NCBI RefSeq assembly: GCF_006345805.1
Contig: NC_043022.1
Location: 11,408,001 to 11,472,000, forward strand
Direction: 5' to 3'
DNA length: 64,000 nucleotides
Source: Octopus sinensis
Lineage: Eukaryota
Shown here: one piece after another, positions 1-12,500 of the stretch
Layout: every line of letters starts with the position of its first letter
Position numbering within the stretch: position 1 is the first letter of the stretch
Notes under the pieces: generated by a model
The model's database searches: none
The model's input: the letters and a program-made list of their open reading frames with translations, nothing else
What the model was told of the DNA's origin: nothing
Translations under genes and position numbers: made by a program

Positions 1-672
1 GAGAGCTACATATCCAAACAACCCAGATTTTTTTTTCTCAATTGTTCGCATCATCTCACATGGCTTTAGCTAAATCTATACTGATAATTTATCTCGGAGA
101 AGACTAGTGACTATCTTTTTGCCTTATGAATACACTTCATGGAAACAACCTTCCACATTATCCCGACTGTTTTCACAATCATTTGGTTTACATTTGATTC
201 AGTTGCACAGCTCAGTTTTTTTTGCTACTGTCTCAGGTGAAATGAAGCCTTGACTCTTTTGATACCGAGCCAGCTGAGACCACTCCTAGTTCAATGACAC
301 AAATTTTAATGTAATCTAAATTAGAACCTTCTGTTACAATTTCTTATTAATTTATATTCCAAACACTAGCTTAATAAAGACAAAATTATTTTATTAAATT
401 CATTATAATTTTCAAAATTAATTTAAACAAATTTCAACAAAAACATGGTAACAAAAGTGTTAACAGTTAAATTTGGTAGATAGAAAAAGAGCAAAAGCCA
501 GCTGGATATATGTATGCATGCTTGTGTGTGTGTGTGTTGCATGTGGCAGAATTGGTAGATCATTGAACAAACATACCTTGTGGTGTTTGATTACTGCTTT
601 CTGCTTTCAAATCTCACTTATTCTATTTTTTTGAAACTAAATGCCTTACTTTATTCTATTTTATTGTAACAG

Positions 673-797
673 GCTCATCATATACAATCACCATCAACCC
701 ACCAAGTATCAATGTGCGTGCAGGATCTCGAGCAATTTTCACATGTGATGTTTTGGAAGCACGTCCCTCAGAAGTCATTTGGTCAAGAGAGACAGGA
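673..797 (+). CDS. HSPG2: perlecan exon, Ig-a N-half
   Basis: ag|GC..GGA|gttagt; [41 protein letters not shown]; 125 nt, phase 1-0. Confidence 0.88.
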
Positions 798-1418
798 GTT
801 AGTAAATTTACTGTTGTCTGGTTTTATTTTTATACACCACCACCACCGCTACCACAATCTCTGCCATAAACACTACAAATACCATCACAGCCACTACCAC
901 CTACCAACTCTTATTAACACCAAAACCACCACCACTGCAAATAATGACAACCACTACCCATATAAACACCACTATCACAACCACTAACATTATTACCCAT
1001 GGATAACTTAGTAAATCCACTTTATTGAAAGTATTTGGACCAAGTCTTCGTTTTTAGAATAATTTCAGTCTCTGGATTCACTCCTTTTTTCATCATGACA
1101 TTTGATGTTCCTACAAAAAATGTCATGGGTACTAACTTTCAACCTCAATGTATATATATACATACATACATACATATATATATATACTCTTTTACTCGTT
1201 TCAGTCATTTGACTGCAGCCATGCTGGAGCACTGCCTTTAGTCGAGCAAATCGACCCCAGGACTTATTCTTTGTAAGCCTAGTACTTATTCTATCGGTCT
1301 CTTTTGCCAAACCGCTAAGTTACAGGGACGTAAACACACCAGCATCGGTTGTCAAGCGATGTTGGGGGGACAAACACAGACACACAAACACACATATATA
1401 TATATATGTATATATATA

Positions 1419-1452
<34 letters not shown>

Positions 1453-3574
1453 CGACGGGCTTCTTTCAGTTTCCGTCTACCAAATCCACTCAGAAGGCTT
1501 TGGTCGGCCCGAGGCTATAGTAGAAGACACTTGCCCAAGGTGCCATGCAGTGGGACTGAACCCATAGCCATGTGGTTGGTAATCAAGCTACTTACCAACA
1601 TTAGAGCAGTAATATAGTGGTTTAATGTTTTAGAGTTTGCTTCTTTCTTTAAATATATAAACTACTGACAATACATAATGTACTCTGGTCACAGAATGTT
1701 TTACAAAAGGCCACCATGCGGTTTGTGTTCTATAGCTATACAATCACTGTGAGCCTCTACATAATCACAAAAGTTACTCTCTCTCAGATACTATGGAGTT
1801 ATACGTCCTTGGTTATTCTACAAAAAATATACCCACTCCATCAAATGAGATCTACATAAAAACGTGGACGAGATGAAAGGCATACTTCTAAAGAAATATA
1901 TATGTGTGTCTGTGTGTGTGTATATATATATATATGTGACCATGTGTGTACCGTTGGCGATTTTTTTTCCTCTGTCTTCCCTTCTCTGGATCTTTCCTTC
2001 TCCTATGTTTCCGACGAAGAGCTCCGCTCGAAACGTTAAACCCTCCTCCTTCCCTTCCTTCCTGAGCGTCCAATAATACTATATTTGTTCCACGTCCTAG
2101 CGTTGTTGTGTTTTCATGTTTGGATTAACTTTATATATATATTAAATTATTTAAATGCTTTGTGTTATAACGGGAGAATAATTCCATCCTTTTACTCAGT
2201 ATCGCACTAGCCTTTACAAAATAAAAAGTGTAAGTTACATCATTTAGCTCTACTGTTTGGGCTTCATTTTTGGGAAGATATGCATGAAATAGTAAGAATA
2301 AATGAATTTTTTTTATATCATATACTTCTATATATATGCAATCTATGGCTGTGTGGTAGGAAGTTTGCTTCTCAAACGCATGGTTGTGGGTTTAGTCCCA
2401 TTACCTGACACCTTTGGCAAGTGTCTTCTGTTATATGTAGCCCCAGTTCAACCAATGCCTTGTGAGTAGATTTGGTGGACATAAATTGAAAGAAGTCCAT
2501 CGTGCATACACACACATACACATAAAATACGTAGTAATCAAAATGAACTGAATGAAGTCAAGGTAAATTGTGTATGTGTATGTGTGTGTGTGTGTGTGTG
2601 TGTAGAAATATTTTTATATGAGTTCTCCACATGCTTTCCCTCAACCTCAAGACGAAAATTGTACAGTGTGATCAAAACACAATATTATGGAAGTAATGGG
2701 TAGGGTGTTCTTTTTTTTTTAAATTTCAAATTTCTACAAAGTGAAGCTTTTCATATAGTTCATTATACTTATGTTTTTTTGCAGTTGTCTATTCCTGGAT
2801 CAAGGAGCTCCATAGAACGAAACCGTCTTGTTATTTTTGACACTGTACCAGAAGATACAGATAACTATATATGTACAGTCACAGTTCATGGCCAAAGGTT
2901 TACCAACAGTGCTAAATTGACTGTTGAATCCTGTAAGTAATAAAGCATTACTTTAAAGCTATTTGTTTATATATATGGTAGAATTGTTTGAGGATCAGAA
3001 GAAATGCTTTGCTTTATTTGTTCCAACTCTTTTCGTGTTCTGAGTTCAAATCCCACCAGAGTCAGCTTTGCATTTCATCTCTCCAGGATCAATAAAATAT
3101 TAGTCAAGTACTGGGACCGAAGTATTGACTAACACAACCTCTCTTCAAAATGCTGACCTTGTGCTAAAATTACTGCTGTTGTTGTTGTTTTTCTTTCAAT
3201 TCTGTTTCCATTTCTTGCCGAGTGTCTTCCTGACACCTAGGGCAAAGAAACTCACTGTATACATTGGTAGGTCATAAAAATAATCATGCCAGATTGTTCA
3301 TTTACAAAGTCAAGTTATGTGATAGAAAAGGGTTAAAAAAACGTAGGAAAAATAAAAAATAAATAAAAGGAGAAAAAAACAAAGAAAAAGGGGGGGAAAA
3401 AAGGAAAGAAAATTCACAGCAACAACACACTTTTCAATACATGTGAGGTACCAGTTAAAACAATCTTTTGCAGTTCTTACATCATACATTCTGAGTTCAA
3501 ATGCTGGGGGGTTGATATAATCAACTTACCTCTGCTCCTAAAATTGCTGGTCTTGTGTCAAAATTTGAAAGCAT

Positions 3575-3629
<55 letters not shown>

Positions 3630-3638
3630 ACCACCACC

Positions 3639-3673
<35 letters not shown>

Positions 3674-6600
3674 CACCACCACCACTACTACTGCTACTGC
3701 TGCTGTTGCTATTACTTTGTATTTGTATCAAACCTTTTTGCTATTTCTTTGCTATTCAACAGTTTTGACAGTGCTATATTGTTTTAGCCTGCAATGATTC
3801 ACTGATTGTAGTCACCTGGGGAGGAAGGCAGCAAGAATATAAATGAAGGAGAAGTACAGAAAAAAAAAAGACAGACAGAGAGGAGAAGAGGGGGGAGAAT
3901 TTTGTTCATCATTAAAAAAGTGGAAGAAATGAAAGGGTGAAGTAAAAAGAAAAACCTGAATGCTGGTTGGCTTAGAATTTATTGTCGATTTTAATTTATT
4001 TGTGTAGAATGTGGGTTGAAAGTAAGTCCTGCCTTGATCCAATGCTATGTTGGAGCTTCCTAACAAAAATACGATTAAACAGATCTGCATGTAGTTAAAC
4101 CTGATATCTGACAGTCTTGTTCATAATAAAATTGTATGGTAAAGTTCAGAATAGTGGTTTCAAATTTTGGCACAAGGCCAGCAATTTTGGGGAGTAGTTA
4201 AATTGATTATATTGACCCTATTATTCAGCTAGTACTTATTTTTTTGACCCTGAAAGGATGAAAGGCAAAGTCAACTTTGGCAGAATTTGAACTCAGAACA
4301 TAAAGACAGACAAAATACCGCTGAGTATTTTGCCCAGCATGCTAACAATTCTACAAGCTCACTGCCTTAGTAAAGTTCAAAATAATATTGATTGGAATTA
4401 ATGCAAGATAAGCAATCTGTGACTTGGTAACTAGAAAGTCAACATTTGGCATAACCAGATAAAACCACACAATTTAACAGGCACACCAATACAAATATAC
4501 TTTTGTATACACACTAGGTTTATCATTCCTCGAACTTACAACACAGGATTGTATACTACTGACAAATACGTCATTGCAATTATGTAATTTTTCCTTTTTC
4601 AGCTGAACGTTTGACTGTCTCTATCCAACCATATCAGTTGACTGTTGATACTGGAGAAAATGCAAAGTTCATGTGTCAAATTGAAGGAGGACGCAGTGGA
4701 ACTCTACAGTGGTCAAGAAACAACAATGTATGTGACACTACAGTATTTCCTGTTTCTACTTTTAAATATATTTACACGTTTTTAATTGGCTCAGCATAGG
4801 TGTGTAGTTTGTAGCCTCATGCTTGGTTCCTTGGGCAAGAGTCTTCTTTTACTGTAGACTCAGAATTGACCAGTTGTGAGTGAAATTTGGCAGAATCTAT
4901 GTGGAAACTTTTCACATATATATATAGATATAGGTTCAGCAAAATTTAGATTCAGATGAATATGGTACTTAAGTTAAAGGCACCAGAATTTTGTATGGTA
5001 TTATCCATATAAATCAAATGTGGTGATTATAATCAGAATAAGCAACAAGGATATCCAAAGGTAATGCAGTACAATTGTTTCATGCTACTTCATTTTATTA
5101 AACACTAAGTATTACATCAGTTTTAAAATATCAAGCAATGGCTGAAGATTGCTCGACATTTTAAAACTGATGTAATACTTACAGTGTTTAATAAAATGAA
5201 GTAGCATGAAACAATTGTACTACACTACCTTGGATATCTTTGTTGCCTATTTTGATTATATATATATATGAGTGTGTGTGTTTGTGTCTGTGTGTGCATG
5301 AATACATGCATGTATGTTTTTACAAAGCATTGGTCAGCGTGAGATTATGATAGAAGACAAATGCCTATCTTAGCAGTAGAATCAAATCTTGAGCAATACG
5401 GTTGCAATGCAAAGTTCTGATTAACACAGTTATGACTGCATTATTTTATCTCTTGACAAAAACTTACTTCAGTCTTGTTGTTTTCTCTTTGTATGTTACT
5501 AATTTACCAATTTCTAAATTTTACAGCGACCATTGAGTTCTCGAAGCACATCTCAAGATGGTATTCTGATGATCAATTCAGTCACCACCGATGATGCTGG
5601 AGTATATGTTTGTACAGCCTATGGTGATTCTGGAAGAGCTTCTAAAACTGTAGAATTGGTAGTCGTACCAGGTTTGTGAAGTTGTTTTTTCTCTGTCATT
5701 AACAAAGTTTTTAAGCTTTAAATCATGGATTACTAACTATTTGAGTCTATATTCAAACTGTTTAAATTACAAACTACCAGACTACTCGTGGACAAAGTAC
5801 ATGCTTTTTCCCCAATCTTCTTGTCAAAGAGATACTAATTGTGCTTCATGATGAAAAAGAACAATAATAGAATAACATTAAATGTACAAACATATTAGAG
5901 TGCTTACCACTTGGTCAGAGAAGCAAGCTATACTACAACGATTGTTTTACACTCTTGAACAAAGTATTTTAGTTTGATGGTTTCAAAAAAATATGATTAA
6001 ATAGATAATGTTTCCATATGTTCATTGATGTTTATAAAACTTAAGCCAAATTCAATGAAAATTAACTTTAAAGATAAAGTATTTTAAATTACTAATTAGG
6101 AAGGTTTTGGTAAGAAAACTAATCGTAAATATTTCAATTGACTATTATTTCATTTAGTGGTTGGGTTTTTTTTATATTGCATGATTTACAAACTCTGTAT
6201 ATATCCCCAGGTTATGAAAATTACTTTGTGTGCTGTTCAATGACATGTTTGTTCAATTGTTCCATTTGTATACTCATTGATTTCTGATGTTTCTTGCAGG
6301 CCCAGGTATAATTGTTACAGTAGAGCCTCAAACACTGACTGTCCGTGCTGGACAAACAGCCAAATTTGTGTGTGATGTCCAAGAAGGCAGTGTCAACACC
6401 TTGCAGTGGACCAGAGGTGGAAGAGTAAGCAGGCTTTCTTTTTTTCCCTCTCTTTCTTTCTTAGTGCATATCTAAACACTTCTGGACATTTTCCTGTAAG
6501 TTAATATTCTGGACAAGCTAGAGATTTCAGACAGGGGATTGAAACATTAAGTGTGGATGTGTCATGGTCATATTCAGCTTGAAGTAGAAAGCCGGTGAGC

Positions 6601-9483
6601 AACTAACATAGGTCTTACTGAACAGCAATAAGACACTTTTGGTCTTTTTGATAGTTTTAAAAATGTAATTTTTCCAGTCCATATTGTTCATCATCATCAT
6701 CATCATCATTTAACGTCCACTTTCCATGCTAGCATGGGTTGGACGATTTTGACTGAGGGCTGGCGAACCAGATGGCTGCACCAGGCTCCAATCTTGATTT
6801 GGCAGAGTTTCTACAGCTGGATGCCCTTCCTAACACCAACCACTCCGAGAGTGTAGTGGGTGTTGTTAGTAATAATACCTAGGTCACATTTAGCAACAGA
6901 CTTCTTAAGGTTGGTGTGATGGAGGGAATAAGTAAATTTTGCATTTTTGCTTCCAAAGCTAAACAGTGTGCATTTATCTACAGCCAGCTTGAGTTGCCAA
7001 TCAACAACCTGTCACTACATTATGTCCAGGTCAGACAGCGGGAAGGAGCTAGAGTGTATAGGATACATTCTTTTGGTTTCAAGTTGCAGCTGAATGTCAT
7101 CCATGTGTTTTAGCATAGTAATGTCCTTCAAGGTACCATCTATTTTATACTATGAATAACAAGGACTGGGAATAGATCCCTGTGAGGCTCCAGATGTAAT
7201 TGCTACAGCTGGGTACCCTTCCTAACCACTCAGAGAGTGTAGTGGGTGCTTTTTACGTACTATCAGCATGAGGGCCAGTCTGGCAGTACTAGCATCGACC
7301 ATGCTTGAATGGTGCTTTTTACGTTCCACCAGCATGGGAGCGAGTCAGGTGGCACTGGCATCTCTTATTATAAAAGGCAGATTTTATCTGCCTCCCTTTG
7401 TATCTTATAGAAATCTACAATATAGGATTTCTTCAATTACAATTTACCGAGCATTTTTAAGAGTAGAATGCATCGGGTCGTGCCAGGTCCAGTTTTTAAA
7501 ATTTCAACCCCAATTAAGCAAAATTTAGAGAAAACTCACATTGTGGTGTCTGAGTCAAATGCTTCTCTTAGTGTGGCCTACACCACACACACACGCACAC
7601 ACACAGTGTGCAACGAATAAAGTGAAAGTAATTCACTTTTTGTAGTGAGTGACTCTTTCACTCTGCCACTTCCTCTTTACACACATAGACACGCAAATAT
7701 ATAAATAAAATTGTAAGCTAACGTGTGTATGTGCGTGTGTGTGAGTGTGTGTGTGTGTGAGGGTCCGTGTGTGTGTGCGTGAGTGTGTGACAGGAAAGTT
7801 TTTTAGGACGAATATAAGACCTATATCCAAGTAGCAGAAAGATCGCCCAAAAGTGTATATAGATATTTAAATGTATTTATATATTCATCTATACACAGAT
7901 GTATGTATAATGTGTGTGTATATATTTCCATAGAGGTAACCTTTCACTCCATACAAAGTTTTTTAGGACGAATATAAGATCTAAAGTATATACAAGTAGC
8001 AGAAAGATCGCCCAAAAGTGTATATAGATATTTAAATGTATTTATATATTCATCTATACACAGATGTATGTATAATGTGTGTGTATATATTTCCATACAC
8101 ATAACCATTCACTCCGCACAAAGTTTTTTAGGACGAAAATAAGATCTAAAGTTATCTCTAAGTAGCACAAAGATCGCCCAAAAGTGTATATAGATATATA
8201 AATGTATTTATATATTCATCTATGCACACATGTATGTATAACGTGTGTGTATATATTTCCATAGAGGTAACCATTCACTCCATACAAAGTTTTTTAGGAC
8301 GAAAATAAGATCTAAAGTTATCTCTAAGAAACAGAAAGATCGCCCAAAAGTGTATATAGATATTTAAATGTATTTATATATTCATCTATACACACATGTA
8401 TGTATAATGTGCGTGTATATATTTCCATAGAGGTAACCATTCAATCCATACAAAGTTTTTTAGGACGAAAATATTTATATATAAAAGAAAGGTTGTGTGT
8501 CTGTCTACTCCGATTTAGATTCCTAACTACTCCCACATTTTGCGATGCAGTTTAACCAAAACCGGGTATCTTATAGTCGTGATTCATATCGAGCCCTTCT
8601 GGGTATTAGCGCGCGTCTACGATGAGTCTATGATTTTACAAATAATTTACCATCATTTTTTTCCATTTTAATGCATATTTTTTTAAATAAAGGGAAGTAA
8701 CTCTCAAACTTCACACCAATATGCGTGCTCATATGTGACGTAATATCACATCAGCAGCATTTCCTCACACCCTCCTTGCACTTGGCGAAGGCAAAATACC
8801 AGGGGATGAAAATGGTAATATTGCCATCGATTCCATTTGTACCATTCTGATCTCAGAGATGCAGTGTTCCCAGATCTACAAGCTAATTATCAGAATATGG
8901 ATTGGATTGGCAAAAAGGCTATACTGGCCCCGAGGAATAAAACTGTTCACCATATTAATGATGAAATGCTAAAACTCATTCCTGGGGAAGTCTATGTATA
9001 TCAGTCTATCGATACAGCTCCTGACCCAGAGGACGTCATCAACTATCCAATAGAGGTACTCAATTCCTTTGAGCACCCCGGACTACCACCGCACTTTCTC
9101 AAACTTAAAGTTGGTGCCCCTATAATGCTCATCAGAAATTTGGTTCCCCCAAAACAATGCAATGGCACACGTTTGATCGTTAAGTCCTTATCTCCCACCG
9201 TAAGCTTATATCAATATTTGCCTGAATAATCATCATAATTCAGTGCAATCATTAACAGTACTTTCAAGCAATTCAGCCCCAAGCAGCGCCGGGCAATTCT
9301 GCTAGTTTGAAATAAAATGGAAATCTTTTGGTATCATTTATTCTCCATTGCACATTTCATTTGCTAATAGGAATCAAAGATTTACATCTTAAATAGATAT
9401 GTAAAGAATGGATACATATTGATTGTACTATTGGAATAAACAGATATTCTTCAAGAGGAAGCAGCTAGGATTTACCCTAACTA

Positions 9484-9552
<69 letters not shown>

Positions 9553-12500
9553 TAGATATGTTTTGACCAAAGATTGGTCCAGGCTATGTCTAACTTAATA
9601 GCACCACCTGATAGGATTATCTAAATCCTGTTTAAGTCAAGTTTTGTTTATGGTCCATTCAAGTAGTGAGTTCTTGTTGAGTGAGTTGTATCCAGGTATG
9701 GGTGGCTTATCCGGTATTCCTTGAAGAAATCTGTCCAGACTCTGTTTAAAGTTGATGGGATCCTTTTCCATATATTTTCCCAAATATTTTAAAATCGATA
9801 TACTCTCTATGCTCTGTGTATTTTCCAGTGACTCCGGTGGCATAGCAGAGTATATAACTCTCATGTTGCCGGTGATAAAACACCTTAGAGTTATGGACAG
9901 GTGAGATAACTCACCCACTGTCTTATTTATGAGTGATGGACAATGGATGTTTCACTATTTTTGTGGCTTGTCAACATAAATGTACATATGCACTCTCTTT
10001 AGATTCCTGTGTATTGACACAAACCTCTATTCATATAAACACAAACATATCTCTTACTTTATCTCTGTCTCTCATTGTAGCTACTTACAGATTCTCGAAT
10101 CACATCAGATGAAGGTGTCTTGATGATTAACTATGTGACTCTGGAAGATGCAGGAGAATATGTCTGTACAGTTGCAAGTTTAGAAGGTGTTGCAACAAAA
10201 GTAGCTGAATTGATTGTCCAGCCAGGTGAGATATTTTCATTTTTGTTCGTAACTATTGTTATCCTGCTACAAGAAGCTACAACTTATAATTTTCAGAAAG
10301 TAGTTCTTTTGGTACCTATCAACATACTACTTTGATTATTATTCTCACATATGGAAAAGAAATAATTATGCTTGCATAAGTATGGCAACACATTTATGGA
10401 ATTGCTTAAAAAAGATGTATATATATGTATATATATATAGATGTATATATATATATATGTATATATATATAGATGTATATATATATAGATGTATCATCAT
10501 CATCATCATCATCATCATTTAACGTCCGCTTTCCATGCTATCATGGGTTGGACGGTTCAACTGGGGTCTGGGGAGCCCGAAGGCTGCACCAGGCCAGTCA
10601 GATCTGGCAGTGTTTCTACAGCTGGATGCCCTTCCTAATGCCAACCACTCCGAGAGTGTAGTGGGTGATTTTATGTGCCACCGACACAGGTGCCAGACGA
10701 GGCTGGCGAACGGCCACGCTCGGATGGTGTTTTTATGTGCCACCGACACAGGTGCCAGACGTGCCACCGACACAGGTGCCAGACAAGGCTAGCAGACGGC
10801 CACGCTCGGATGGTGTTTTTATGTGCCACCGACACAGGTGCCAGACAAGGCTAGCAGACGACCACGCTCGGATGGTGTTTTTTTTTATGTGCCACCGACA
10901 CAGGTGCCAGACGAGGCTGGCGAACGGCCACGCTCGGATGGTGTTTTTATGTGCCACCGACACAAGTGCCAGACAAGGCTAGCAGACGACCACGCTCGGA
11001 TGGTGTTTTTTTATGTGCCACCGACACAGGAGCCATAGGCTGGCGATCGGCCACGATTGGATGGTGATTGTTACGTGCCCACCGCATGGAGGCCAGTCGG
11101 TGCGGTACTGGCTACGGCCACATTCGGATGGCTTTCTTGTGTGCCACCGGCACTGGTACCACAAAGATACAAATTCCATTGATGTTCATCTATTTTGATT
11201 TTGTTTGATTTTCACTTGCCTCAACAGGTCTTCACAAGTGTCACAAGAAGGAAGGTATGCACAGGTGGACTGACTACGTCCCAGGTAGGGGCCACGGGTT
11301 ATGGCCTGACTAGTCTTGCCGGGTCTTCTCACACACAGCATACTTCCATAGGTCTCGGTCTCTAGTCATTTCCTTGGTGAGACCTAAAGTTCGTAGGTCG
11401 TGCTTCACCACTTCGTCCCAGGTTTTCCTCTTCCACAGGTTCCCTCAACTGCTAGGGTGTAGCACTTTTGCACACAACTATCTTCAGCCATTCTCGTCAT
11501 ATGACCATACCAGCGCAGCCGTCTCTCTTGCACACCACAACTGACGCTTCTTAGGTTCAACTTTTCTCTCAAGGTACTTACACTCTGACGATTATGAACA
11601 CTGACATTACACATCCATCGGAGCATACTGGCTTCATTTCTTGCGAGCTTACGCATATCCTCAGCAGTCACGGCCCATGTTTCACTACCATGTAGCATGG
11701 CTGTACGTACACATGCATCATAAAGTCTGCCTTTTACTCTGAGCGAGAGGCCTTTTGTCACCAGCAGGGGTAAGAGCTCTCTAAACTTTGCCCAGGCTAT
11801 TCTTACTCTAGCAGTTACACTTTCAGCACACCCACTCCCGCTACTAACTTGGTCTCCTAGGTAGCGGAAGCTATCAACTACTTCTAGTTTGTCTCCCTGG
11901 AACGTGGTAGAAGTTGGTCTCTGCACATTTCCAGTGTTTATTTCTCCTGAGCATCTGCCACATACGAAAACTATCTTCCCAGTTAGCCTACCTTTAACAT
12001 TGCTGCATCTCTTATGTGTCCATAGCTTACACTTGGTGCACCTTATAGAGTTTCTACCTACACCTTTTTTTACAGATCGAGCAGGGCCATCTACCTGAAG
12101 TCGTTTGTGGTTGGTCCACCTTCCTACTTATTAGGACTTTGGTTTTGGCTAGGTTCATTCTAAGGCCCTTCGATTCTAATCCTTGTTTCCACACCTGAAA
12201 CTTCTCCTCCAGTTCTGATAGTGACTCAGCAATTAGAGCAAGGTCATCAGCATAGAGGAGCTCCCAGGGGCATCCTGTCTTAAATTCTTCCGTTATTGCC
12301 TGGAGGACTATGATAAATAGGAGGGGGCTGAGGACTGAACCTTGGTGGACCCCAACCTCTACCCGGAATTCTTCACTGTACTCGTTGCCAACCCTCACCT
12401 TACTAGCTGCGTCTCTGTACATGGCTCGCACAGCTCTCACTAACCATTCATCTATCCCTAGTTTCCTCATTGACCACCAGATAAGGGATCGGGGGACCCT

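Noticed and set aside
3544-3797. poly-Leu/poly-Thr ORFs (also poly-Q/K/S/C ORFs at 34029-34345 and 54460-54861)
   Set aside because: They are translations of trinucleotide microsatellites within introns.
8837-9229. host PIF1 helicase gene
   Set aside because: Partial and intronless, duplicated, and enclosed by Helitron termini.
10668-11035. possible CRISPR-like array
   Set aside because: Head-to-tail repeats without unique spacers, no cas genes, eukaryotic LINE 3' UTR. The same applies to the 166-bp Helitron array.
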